Shown here: in pieces, positions 7,780-16,232 of the stretch
Numbering within the stretch: the stretch's first letter is position 1
Layout: every line of letters starts with the position of its first letter
Origin: Acidaminococcales bacterium
Lineage (GTDB): Bacteria; Bacillota; Negativicutes; Acidaminococcales; JAISLQ01
Assembly (NCBI GenBank): GCA_031290885.1
Contig: JAISLQ010000006.1
Location: 39,639-103,638 of the forward strand
Direction of reading: 5' to 3'
DNA length: 64,000 bases
Notes under the pieces: generated by a model
Databases searched by the model: none
Seen by the model: the letters and a program-made list of their open reading frames with translations, nothing else
What the model was told of the DNA's origin: nothing
Position numbers and translations under genes: made by a program

Positions 7780-8502
7780 GTGATTTGCGTGAAAGCGGGG
7801 ATTGCCGTGGACTATGAAATTATAGATATATCACAGGAAATTTACCAGGGAATGCCTGTTTTTTTCCCGCATCAGCCAACGATGATTTTCCCTAACGTAA
7901 GCCATGAGGAAAGCCTGCAAAAAATGGGTTTTATGTTTGCCACCAACAACCTGTTGCTCAGCGAACACGGCCCCACGCATACTGACGCGCCGTATGAATA
8001 TGACTTGAAAGGCGAGACAATCGACAGGCTTCCTTTGGAAAAGTTTTTTGGCCAAGCTTTTTGCGTTGATTTAAAACATATCGGCGAAGATAGTTTTATT
8101 GGCAAGGAAGATTTGCGGCATGCGTTGGAAAAAGCAGGCTACAAAATCACCGGGGGCGACATTTTGCTCATGCACACAGGGCATTTTGCGCGCAATTACG
8201 GCACTGACAAGTGGCTTGCAAACTACACGGGCCTAAATTACGAAGCGGCGGCATATCTTGCGAAAAGTGGCATAAAAATGATTGGCGTCGACGCGCCTTC
8301 GGTGGACAAAACCGGCGACATGAATTACTCCGCCCATAAAGCTTGCCGTGAATACGGCATGCTTAATACCGAGAACCTGTGCAATCTTGATAAACTTGTC
8401 GGCAAAAAATTTTTGTATATAGGCTTTCCGCTGCGAATAAGAAACGGCACGGGTTCTCCTGTCAGGGCAGTGGCGGTCATCGGCGGCGAAAGGAGGCCAT
8501 GA
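7780..8502 (+). CDS. Cyclase-family protein (kynurenine/aryl-formamidase or isatin-hydrolase-like, Pfam04199-type)
   Basis: The ORF is about 231-240 aa. It shows IIDISQEIYQGMPVF, SEHGPTHTDAPYEY (compare the HxGTHxDAPxH motif), ILLMHTG, IKMIGVDAPSVD and GMLNTENLCNLDKL. The start is uncertain, either GTG at 7780 or GTG at 7807. Confidence 0.75.
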   Translation: MICVKAGIAVDYEIIDISQEIYQGMPVFFPHQPTMIFPNVSHEESLQKMGFMFATNNLLLSEHGPTHTDAPYEYDLKGETIDRLPLEKFFGQAFCVDLKHIGEDSFIGKEDLRHALEKAGYKITGGDILLMHTGHFARNYGTDKWLANYTGLNYEAAAYLAKSGIKMIGVDAPSVDKTGDMNYSAHKACREYGMLNTENLCNLDKLVGKKFLYIGFPLRIRNGTGSPVRAVAVIGGERRP

Positions 8503-9119
8503 AGATGAGATTGAAAAAAGAAATAACCATAAAGCCCTATTCCGGCGCGGCGCTGGAAGTGCTGGAAGGGGAGGAGCTTTGCATAATTGATTTGCAGGGG
8601 CAGCAGGTAAGCGATTTTATCTGTTTCAATAAAGACGACCTAAAAGAACATGTTTCGCCCGTACATATGCGCTCGTCGCTCTCAAGCCTGCGCCTTAAAA
8701 TAAACGACTTGCTGTACAGCAATTACCGCTCCGGCATGATGAGGCTGATAGAAGACACCGTCGGCAGGCATGACTTTTTCTTTCCGGCTTGTGATTGCTA
8801 CAGGTATAAAGTGGATTTCGGCGTGGAAAATCATCCCAACTGTTATGATAACTTTATGAAGGCGCTGCGCGCATTCGGCATCCAGCCGGAAACCTTGCCC
8901 GATCCCATCAACTGGTTTATGTACAACGATGTGGACGAAAACGGCGATTATGCAATTCGGCCGCCGCTTTCCAAACCGGGCGATTATGTGCGGCTGCGGG
9001 CGCTCAAAAACTGTATTGTGGCTTGTACGGCCTGTTCACAGGATTTCGTGCCGGTAAACGGCATGAAGGTAACGATGATAAAATTGCAGATATTTAGCGC
9101 CTCTTCGCCAGGCCCTTGA
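8499..9119 (+). CDS. DUF1989-family protein (urea-carboxylase-associated / carboxyguanidine-deiminase-like fold)
   Basis: The ORF is 206 aa. It shows GAALEVLEGEELCIIDLQGQQVSDF, FFPACDCYRY, HPNCYDNFMKAL, PDPINWFMY and GDYVRLRALKNCIVACTACSQD. These match my memory of the DUF1989 (PF09347) pattern. It overlaps the upstream gene in an ATGA. Confidence 0.7.
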   Translation: MKMRLKKEITIKPYSGAALEVLEGEELCIIDLQGQQVSDFICFNKDDLKEHVSPVHMRSSLSSLRLKINDLLYSNYRSGMMRLIEDTVGRHDFFFPACDCYRYKVDFGVENHPNCYDNFMKALRAFGIQPETLPDPINWFMYNDVDENGDYAIRPPLSKPGDYVRLRALKNCIVACTACSQDFVPVNGMKVTMIKLQIFSASSPGP

Positions 9120-9550
9120 GCTTCTTCCCCCGGGGAAGGCTGGCCAGGCCGCCGGCCGATTTTTGCGGCACGGAATTCATCTGATTCTTCTTGAACCAAT
9201 CGCCAAGCCTATCCCCGTCCATTGTGCCGGCATATTGCCGCTTGCCCCGGCCGCAACAGCTTGCGCCAATCCCAAAGGCTTATTTTGGTTCGGCGAAGGC
9301 ATGTCCGGCTTTCTTGAATATAATCGCTCTTTTCCGATAGTCGTTGTTATAAACATATATAAAAGAAGGAGCGGCGGAAAAATGCGTGGGCTTTCGCGTG
9401 CGGCCGATACATGCGGCGGAAGAAACTTGGGGAGCGGATTTTGTTTAAGATTAAGTCCTTCTTCCGAAAGGGGTGATTATATCGTTAAAAATAGGCGGCG
9501 CAGCGGGTTTGCCTATCCGGACTTATAAAGAAAAATGGAGGAATGTGAAG

Positions 9551-10426
9551 ATGTTTACAGTTTTCAAAAAAAGTTTATGGTTGGCTTTGTTGACAATATG
9601 CATGCTTGTTATGGCAGCTGGCTGCGGAGGCGGCAATACCTCGTCTCCGGCCGCCAAGCCCGCCGCGCCGCAAGCGCCGGCGACCGGCATCCGGCCGCCT
9701 GACACGCTCACGGAAAAAGGCTACCTTACTTTTGGCACCATCTCAACCTTTCCGCCTTTTGAGTATATGAAAGACGGCAAACTGGTGGGTTTTGACGTGG
9801 ATTTGGTAGACGCTTTGGCCAAAGAGATGGGCTTGAAAGCAAAAAATACCGTCATGAATTTCGATGGGCTGATTCCCGCTTTGCAGGGCGGACGTTTTGA
9901 CATGATCGTTTCCGGCATGTACATCAAACCGGAAAGAAGAGAAATGGTCGATTTTATCGGCTATATGAAACTGAGCAATGTCATTGTTACCAGAAAAGGC
10001 GATAACAAAGGCATCAAATCAATGGATGATTTGTCCGGCAAAAAAGTAGCCGTGGTCAGAGCCGGCTATACCGAAATACTTTGCCGCGAACAGAACAAAA
10101 GGCTGGCGGAACTGAAAAAGCCTTTGATTGATATTTTGCTCCTGCCGACGGAAAACGATGTCGTCCTGGCGACCGAACAGGGGCGCGCCGATGCGTTTTT
10201 GCATTCGGCTCCCGGCGCGGCGCATTTGAGCGAACAAAAACCCAATGTTTTTGAAGTGCCCGTTACCATGCCGCCGAACGCGGAAATAGGCATAGCGACC
10301 CGCAAAGGCAATGACAAGACCCGGGCCGCGCTCGAAGCGGCGGTCAAAAAACTGGTCGCTGACGGCACTTATGAAAAACTCATGCAAAAATATCATTTGC
10401 CGCCGGAACTTAATTATTTCAAATAA
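9551..10426 (+). CDS. ABC transporter substrate-binding lipoprotein, polar amino acid (PBP family 3) type
   Basis: I chose the ATG at 9551, which follows an AAATGGAGGA RBS; the ORF track starts at 9473. It has a signal peptide with a lipobox (LVMAAGC). LTFGTISTFPPFEYMKDGKLVGFDVDLVDALAKEMGL...FDGLIPALQGGRFDMIVSGM is typical of His/Gln/Arg-type binding proteins. Confidence 0.85.
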   Translation: MFTVFKKSLWLALLTICMLVMAAGCGGGNTSSPAAKPAAPQAPATGIRPPDTLTEKGYLTFGTISTFPPFEYMKDGKLVGFDVDLVDALAKEMGLKAKNTVMNFDGLIPALQGGRFDMIVSGMYIKPERREMVDFIGYMKLSNVIVTRKGDNKGIKSMDDLSGKKVAVVRAGYTEILCREQNKRLAELKKPLIDILLLPTENDVVLATEQGRADAFLHSAPGAAHLSEQKPNVFEVPVTMPPNAEIGIATRKGNDKTRAALEAAVKKLVADGTYEKLMQKYHLPPELNYFK

Positions 10427-10543
10427 AAAAGCATGCTTTATAGTCTGCGTGCAACCGGCGCGGCGCGAAAGGGCCCGCGGCGGCCTGCCGCCAGGGACCT
10501 TTTGTGTCCGGGCGGGCGCGCTGTGGCGCGGGGAGGGTTGGCT

Positions 10544-11251
10544 TTGGACAATATAGTGAAATATGTTTTTTCGCCGCATTTTCTGATGGGGGCGGTCAAT
10601 ACGCTCGAGTTGTGCATAATGGCGCAGATAGCCGGAGTATTGATAGGTTTTCTGTTGGCTTTGGCGAAAACTTCAAGGTGCGGCGCGGTGCGGTTTTTCG
10701 CTGACGGGTACATCTGGCTGTTTCGCGGCATTCCCGTCTTGTTGCTGCTTATTTTTGTATATAACGCGCTGCCGCAATTCGGCATCAGGCTCGATGAGTT
10801 TAAGTCCGCTTTAGTGGCCCTTATGTTCAACGAAGCGGCGTACATGGCGGAAATAATACGTTCCGGGCTTAGTTCCGTGGGCGCGGAGCAGCAACGGGCC
10901 GGTTACGTCCTCGGTTTGACAAAGTTTCAAATAATGCGCTATATTACCATGCCACAGGCTTTACGGGTAATAATACCGCCTACGGCCAACCAGTTTATCG
11001 GAATGCTCAAACTTTCGTCACTGGCGTCGGTCATTGGCTTCGGAGATTTACTGCTGGTCGCCCAGCAGGTGGCGGGCGAGAATTTTGACTATGTTAATAC
11101 GCTGGTGGCGGTGGCCGTATATTATCTTGTTTTTACCGCAATTTTTACTGTTGTGCAGATATTTTTGGAAAAGAGCATGGATATTTCGCGCAAAGCAAAA
11201 TATGCGGCGGAAAAAGCGGGAAAGAACGCCCAAGACATCGCGGCGGCGTAA
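10544..11251 (+). CDS. ABC transporter permease, polar amino acid type
   Basis: NTLELCIMAQIAGVLIGFLLAL...LFRGIPVLLLLIFVYNALP...FNEAAYMAEIIRSGL...ITMPQALRVIIPPTANQFI are HisM/GlnP-family motifs. The ORF track starts at 10433 with an Arg/Pro-rich, non-membrane N-terminus. I prefer the TTG at 10544, 6 nt after GGAGGG, but the start is uncertain. Confidence 0.8.
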   Translation: MDNIVKYVFSPHFLMGAVNTLELCIMAQIAGVLIGFLLALAKTSRCGAVRFFADGYIWLFRGIPVLLLLIFVYNALPQFGIRLDEFKSALVALMFNEAAYMAEIIRSGLSSVGAEQQRAGYVLGLTKFQIMRYITMPQALRVIIPPTANQFIGMLKLSSLASVIGFGDLLLVAQQVAGENFDYVNTLVAVAVYYLVFTAIFTVVQIFLEKSMDISRKAKYAAEKAGKNAQDIAAA

Positions 11252-11266
11252 CAGGAAATACAGAGG

Positions 11267-12016
11267 GTGATTTTGTTGAACGAGGATAAGTTGCTGCTGC
11301 GCGTTGACGGCGCCGGGAAAAAGTATCACGGAAATACTGTTCTGAAAGATGTTTACATGAGGATTAACCAGGGCGAAAGATTAGTGATGATCGGCCCTTC
11401 CGGTTCCGGCAAATCCACCTTGCTCCGTTGCATGGCCGGGCTGGAAAGGGTCGATGAGGGGTGCATCTGGTATGACGGGGGGTATATAGAAAATCTCGAT
11501 CTTAAAACCCGCGCCGAAATCGGCATGATCTTTCAGTCATTCGACTTGTTCCGGCATTTGACTGCTATAGAAAACATAATGCTGGCACCATTGAAAGCGC
11601 AGAAAAGAAAATATGACGAAGTAAAAAAATCGGCGCTGGCCTTGCTGGAAAAAATGCATTTGGCCGACCATGCGAACCATTACCCCATGCAGCTTTCAGG
11701 CGGCCAGCAACAGCGCGTGGCCATTGCCAGGGCTTTAGCCATAAATCCGCGCCTTATGCTCTTTGACGAGCCGACTTCTGCGCTTGATCCGGAAATGACG
11801 GCTGAAGTGCTTGACGTGATTATTGATTTGGCGCAAAGCGGCATGACTACCGTGATTGTAACGCATGAAATGGAATTTGCCAAACGCGTAGCCGACAGGG
11901 TAGTGTTTATGGAACAAGGCAAAATAATTGAAACAATCGCCGTTGGCAACATCAACGAAACTATCGCCGGCAATAAACGGATAAACCAGTTTTTCAACCA
12001 GATAACCCGTTATTAA
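11267..12016 (+). CDS. ABC transporter ATP-binding protein, polar amino acid (GlnQ/HisP-like)
   Basis: It has Walker [10 protein letters not shown], the signature [15 protein letters not shown], Walker [13 protein letters not shown] and the H-loop VTHEM. Confidence 0.9.
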   Translation: MILLNEDKLLLRVDGAGKKYHGNTVLKDVYMRINQGERLVMIGPSGSGKSTLLRCMAGLERVDEGCIWYDGGYIENLDLKTRAEIGMIFQSFDLFRHLTAIENIMLAPLKAQKRKYDEVKKSALALLEKMHLADHANHYPMQLSGGQQQRVAIARALAINPRLMLFDEPTSALDPEMTAEVLDVIIDLAQSGMTTVIVTHEMEFAKRVADRVVFMEQGKIIETIAVGNINETIAGNKRINQFFNQITRY

Positions 12017-12260
12017 AGCATTCTCGGCGGCAAGGACGGCAGACGAGCCCCCATGCCGTCCGGCGTACCCGCGCAGCAGAGATGTCGCCGCCGCCGCGCC
12101 CCAAAAACAAACTCGCCGCCCCTTTCTTCGCGGATGTTCCGGCAGCTGAGGCTGACGGAGCGCGATTGGCGGTTTCCGGCGGCGGCCGCAAAGCGGATGT
12201 TCGGCGGCTTCCCCAAAAAGCAGGTGTTCCCGGCAAGCCGCAAGGCTTGCTAATTGCCTC

Positions 12261-12956
12261 TTAGCTTTCTTTGACCTTTCCGTCCGTGGTCAATGTAACG
12301 ACTTGCCAAGGCAACAATTTGCCCGATTTTTTGAGCGCCGCCGCAGCGGCCCGCTCGATGCCGCCACAGCACGGGACTTCCATGCGGACAACCGTGACGG
12401 ACTCGATGTCGTTTTCGGCGATGATTTCGGCCAGTTTTTCGCCGCAATCCCCGCCGTCAAGTTTCGGGCAGCCTATGAGCGTGATTTTTCCCCGCATATA
12501 CCCGGCGTGGAAATTTGCCCGCGCGTAAGCGGCGCAATCAGCGGCGATGAGCAGGTTTGCCCCGTTAAAGTACGATGCGCCCGCAGGCGCGAGTCGGATT
12601 TTTACCGGCCATTGGCACAGCTCGCTTTCGCCGGGCGACGCAGGCCCGGCCGCCTTAGGCGTACGGGGCAGCGCGCGGGCGTTCAAGCCAGGGCAGCCGT
12701 CCGCGCGCCGATGTTGCATGTTTTTTATGTGCTTTTTGACCTGCTCTTCGTCATACGCCGCCGCTTCACGCTCCACAAAGGCAACCGCCCCTGTCGGGCA
12801 GGCCGGCAGGCAATTGCCAAGCCCGTCGCAGCAATCGTCCCGGAGAAGCTTCGCTTTGCCGCCCACCATCCCGATTGCCCCTTCATGGCATGCTTCGGCG
12901 CACAATCCGCACCCATTGCATTTACCGATGTCTATTTCAATGATCTTGCGCTTCAT
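12261..12956 (-). CDS. 4Fe-4S dicluster domain-containing protein
   Basis: I chose the ATG at 12956, which follows an AGGAGG RBS; the ORF track starts at 13061. The N-terminus carries CNGCGLCAEACHEGA and CDGLGNCLPACPTGA ferredoxin motifs. The C-terminal domain is Cys-rich (IGCPKLDGGD, VPCCGG). Confidence 0.75.
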   Translation of the reverse strand: MKRKIIEIDIGKCNGCGLCAEACHEGAIGMVGGKAKLLRDDCCDGLGNCLPACPTGAVAFVEREAAAYDEEQVKKHIKNMQHRRADGCPGLNARALPRTPKAAGPASPGESELCQWPVKIRLAPAGASYFNGANLLIAADCAAYARANFHAGYMRGKITLIGCPKLDGGDCGEKLAEIIAENDIESVTVVRMEVPCCGGIERAAAAALKKSGKLLPWQVVTLTTDGKVKES

Positions 12957-13069
12957 AAATTGCGCCTCCTGGTCTTTGGGAGTTGACTGCATTATGGCAT
13001 AATCGGCGATTCGGTTGCATTGCCAACGTAAGTGCCGGGCGTCCGGGCCGCCAAAGGGCAAGGCTTCCT

Positions 13070-14041
13070 TCAGCGCGAGCCGTTTTGCCCGCCGAATGAG
13101 CCCCTACGCAATTTTTCGATTATTTTGGCCATATCGTCAGGCATGGGCGCCGCAAACAGCATCTTTTCCCCTTGCCGGCCGCAAATTTCCAAACTTGCGG
13201 AATGAAGCGCCTGCCCCTTTATGGCAAAACCGTGCCGCCTTGGTGAATATTTGGGATCGCCGACGACCGGGTGGCCGATGTATTCCATGTGCGCCCTGAT
13301 TTGATGGGTGCGCCCGGTATCGAGCCGCAGGCGCAGCAACGCGTGGTTATGGAACTGTTCCAGCAGCCAATAATGCGTAACCGCTTCCCGTCCGCCTTTG
13401 GCTACCGCCGCCATTTTCTGCCGGTCTTTGGGGTCGCGCCCGAGCAGCGTCCGGACCGTGCCTTCCCGCACGGATACCGCGCCATGCACTATGGCGAGGT
13501 ATTCGCGCACGGCGGTTTTGTCGCGTATCTGCGCGGACAGGCTCAGATGCGCAGCGTCGTTTTTGGCCACTACCATTACCCCGGAGGTGTCTTTGTCCAA
13601 ACGGTGCACAATGCCGGGACGTATAAAGCCGTTTATCCCCGACAGCCCGCCGCAGTGGTAAAGCAGGGCGTTGACCAGCGTGCCGCCGTAATTGCCGGCC
13701 GCCGGATGTACGACCATGCCGCGCGCCTTGTCGACCACGATAAAGTCATCGTTTTGGTAAAGGATGTTTACCGGGATGTTTTCCGGTTCCACTTTTATCG
13801 GCTGCGGCGGCCGGTACTCAACGGCAAACGATTCGCCGCCGCGCAAACGGTAATTTTGCCTGATCGCTTTTCCGTCGGCGCGCACCAAACCGTCCTTTAT
13901 CATTTTTTGTATGTTGGCCCGCGAAAGCGCCAGGCTTTTTGCCAAAAATACATCCGCGCGCGCGTCCCGGTCATCCGCGCCCGCAGATACCGCCAGGGCA
14001 TCGGCGGCCGCCGTTATTTTTTGTTTTTCATCATGTTCCAT
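13070..14041 (-). CDS. rluD: 23S rRNA pseudouridine synthase, RluA/RluD family
   Basis: It has an S4-like N-terminus (RADVFLAK...SRANIQKMIKDGLVRADGK), the catalytic HRLDKDTSGVMVVAKN, and GRTHQIRAHM. The start at MEHDEK (14041) overlaps the lspA 3' end. Confidence 0.88.
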   Translation of the reverse strand: MEHDEKQKITAAADALAVSAGADDRDARADVFLAKSLALSRANIQKMIKDGLVRADGKAIRQNYRLRGGESFAVEYRPPQPIKVEPENIPVNILYQNDDFIVVDKARGMVVHPAAGNYGGTLVNALLYHCGGLSGINGFIRPGIVHRLDKDTSGVMVVAKNDAAHLSLSAQIRDKTAVREYLAIVHGAVSVREGTVRTLLGRDPKDRQKMAAVAKGGREAVTHYWLLEQFHNHALLRLRLDTGRTHQIRAHMEYIGHPVVGDPKYSPRRHGFAIKGQALHSASLEICGRQGEKMLFAAPMPDDMAKIIEKLRRGSFGGQNGSR

Positions 14042-14469
14042 AAAATACAACCGGCCCCTATGCAAATGGCGGCGTCGGCGACATTGAAAACCGGCCAGAC
14101 GCGAAAATCCAAAAAATCCACTACTTCGCCCGTATTTATCCGGTCGATCAGGTTGCCCAAGGCGCCGCCCGCAATCAGGCCGGCGCCGGCCAGGATGCAG
14201 GGCGGCTGCTTTTTGATGTGTTTCCGCAGGCCGAGCAAAAGCGCCAGCAAGGCAACGGCCGCCGCAACGAACAAAGCGCGCTGGTTGGGCAAAAGGCCAA
14301 AAGCCGCGCCAGGATTGAGTACATATGTTATGTGAAAAACGCCGTCAATGACAGGCACGCTCATGCCTTCCGTCATAACGCTTTTTATATAGCGTTTGCT
14401 GGCATAATCGGCGGCTACAATTATAAAAGGCAGAAAAACAAGCCGCACGGCAACCCCCCACGCTCCCAA
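14014..14469 (-). CDS. lspA: Lipoprotein signal peptidase (signal peptidase II)
   Basis: The 151-aa membrane protein shows YVLNPGAAFG, GGALGNLIDR and VVDFLDF..WPVFNVADAAI, which are hallmark LspA motifs. Confidence 0.9.
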   Translation of the reverse strand: MGAWGVAVRLVFLPFIIVAADYASKRYIKSVMTEGMSVPVIDGVFHITYVLNPGAAFGLLPNQRALFVAAAVALLALLLGLRKHIKKQPPCILAGAGLIAGGALGNLIDRINTGEVVDFLDFRVWPVFNVADAAICIGAGCILWNMMKNKK

Positions 14470-14528
14470 ACAATGCTAAACGAAGATACATGCTTAGAGG
14501 CCGCGAACAAACAACGCCGCCCGGCGCG

Positions 14529-16232
14529 CTACAGCGCGGCCAACAGTTCTTTTATCTTTTGCGGCCAGCCGCCGCCTTTTACAAAAACAACCTCGCCGCT
14601 TGCGCGTATTTTTATTTCCAGTTCTTTTTCCGCGACCGTTTTGGCGCCGACCGTTATCCGCAAGGGGTAGCCAATCAAATCGGCGTCGTTGAATTTTACC
14701 CCCGCGCGTTCCGCGCGGTCGTCCAGCACGGTTTCCACGCCGGCCGCGACCAGCGTTTCATATATTTCTTCCGCGGCCTTCATTTGCGCCTCGTCTTTGG
14801 CGTTGACCGGCACTACCGCGACTTGATAGGGCGCGATCGCCGCCGGCCAGATTATGCCGTCTTTGTCATGGCTTTGTTCGATGACCGCAGCCATGACGCG
14901 GCTGATGCCTATTCCGTAACAACCCATGACCAGCGGGCGCTCTTTGCCGCTTTCATCAAGATAGTTGGCGGACAGTTTTTCGCTGTATTTGGTGTGCAAT
15001 TTGAATACCTGCCCGACCTCTATGCCCCTTGCTTTTGTCAGGCGCCCGCCGCAGCGCTGGCAGGAATCGGACTCCTGGATCATTCTTATGTCGGCGACAA
15101 AATCCGGCGCAAAATCGCGTCCGGGATTCACGTTGATGTAATGGTAGCCCAAAACGTCCGCGCCGCAAACAAAATTGCGCATATTCATAACCGATTGGTC
15201 GGCTATGAGCGCAAGGTTTTTTTTGCCCGGGCAAAGGCCCATATAACCCGGTTCCGTGCCGGCCGCCCGCAACTCGTCCTCTCCCGCCTTGGAAAGGGCA
15301 AGGGCGCCGGACGCATTTAAAACTTTCACTTCGTTTACTTCATGGTCGCCGCGCACAAAAGCCAATATAAGCCCTTTGTCGCTTTTATAGGCTACCGCTT
15401 TCACGCTTTTTTCCACCGGTATGCCAAGGTACCCGCAAACCGCTTTGATCGTCGCCGCATTGGGCGTACTCACTTTTTCCCGCGCGAGCGGCGCTTCTTC
15501 CGGCGCCGCGATGGGGTTAAGTTCCGCTTTTTCGGTATTGGCGGCGAAATCACAGCTTTCGCAATATACTATTTCCGCTTCGCCGCTGCCGGCCAAAACC
15601 ATGAATTCATGCGAGCCGCTGCCGCCGATCGCGCCGGAGTCCGCTTCCACCGGCCTGAACTGCAATCCGCAGCGGGTGAAGGTCCGGCTGTAGGCGTCGT
15701 ACATTTTCCGGTAGGACAATTCAAGCCCCGCCCCGTCCCGGTCAAAGGAATACAAGTCTTTCATTATGAACTCGCGCCCGCGCAAAAGCCCGAAACGCGG
15801 CCTGGTCTCATCGCGGTATTTGTTTTGTATCTGGTACAAAAGCAAAGGGAGCTGCCGGTAGGAACGGACGCCGCCCTTGACAAGGTCCGTTACGATTTCC
15901 TCATGCGTGGGGCCGAGACAAAATTCCCGGCCGTGCCTGTCCCGCAGGCGAAACATCTCGTCGCCGTACACGGACCAGCGGCCGCTCTCTTGCCACACCT
16001 CCGCCGGCTGGACGATGGGCATGGCTATTTCCTGCCCGCCTTTGGCGTCCATCTCCTCGCGGACGATCTGCTCTATTTTCCGCAAGACGCGCCAGGCCAA
16101 GGGCAAATAGGTATAAATTCCGCCCGCCGCCTTTCTGACGAACCCGGCTTTCAGCAACAATTGGTGGCTGACCACTTCCGCCTCCGCAGGGGATTCCCGC
16201 ATGGTCGGCGCGTACAGTTGGGAAAATCTCAT
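14529..16232 (-). CDS. proS: Proline--tRNA ligase (bacterial type with editing insertion)
   Basis: The 567-aa ORF reads [61 protein letters not shown]...[19 protein letters not shown]. Confidence 0.95.
   Translation of the reverse strand: MRFSQLYAPTMRESPAEAEVVSHQLLLKAGFVRKAAGGIYTYLPLAWRVLRKIEQIVREEMDAKGGQEIAMPIVQPAEVWQESGRWSVYGDEMFRLRDRHGREFCLGPTHEEIVTDLVKGGVRSYRQLPLLLYQIQNKYRDETRPRFGLLRGREFIMKDLYSFDRDGAGLELSYRKMYDAYSRTFTRCGLQFRPVEADSGAIGGSGSHEFMVLAGSGEAEIVYCESCDFAANTEKAELNPIAAPEEAPLAREKVSTPNAATIKAVCGYLGIPVEKSVKAVAYKSDKGLILAFVRGDHEVNEVKVLNASGALALSKAGEDELRAAGTEPGYMGLCPGKKNLALIADQSVMNMRNFVCGADVLGYHYINVNPGRDFAPDFVADIRMIQESDSCQRCGGRLTKARGIEVGQVFKLHTKYSEKLSANYLDESGKERPLVMGCYGIGISRVMAAVIEQSHDKDGIIWPAAIAPYQVAVVPVNAKDEAQMKAAEEIYETLVAAGVETVLDDRAERAGVKFNDADLIGYPLRITVGAKTVAEKELEIKIRASGEVVFVKGGGWPQKIKELLAAL

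Noticed and set aside
9094-9222. A 42-aa minus-strand ORF (MDGDRLGDWFKKNQMNSVPQKSAGGLASLPRGKKLKGLAKRR) overlapping the 3' end of the DUF1989 gene. I also noticed the 121-aa plus-strand ORF at 9163-9528.
   Set aside because: No RBS and no family recognised. The basic tail looks like a frame artefact. It could be a gene remnant, but the evidence is insufficient.
9315-9360. TATAATCGC... resembles the 5' end of a purine riboswitch, which would be attractive given the purine-like hypothesis for the BMC locus.
   Set aside because: The downstream sequence lacks the conserved purine-riboswitch loops and the P2/P3 pairing I remember. The TATAAT is more simply a -10 box.
13271-14335. Long plus-strand ORFs antisense to rluD/lspA. 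Similar cases are 15342-16721 (proS/ispG), 18090-19064 (rseP/dxr), 49068-50708 (DUF1343/cupin), 30806-31852 (HD-GYP) and 62801-63997 on the minus strand (ilvA).
   Set aside because: Each overlaps a confidently identified gene on the other strand. They are Arg/Gly/Pro/His-rich with low-complexity runs and match no family I recognise. They are typical shadow ORFs of a GC-rich genome.
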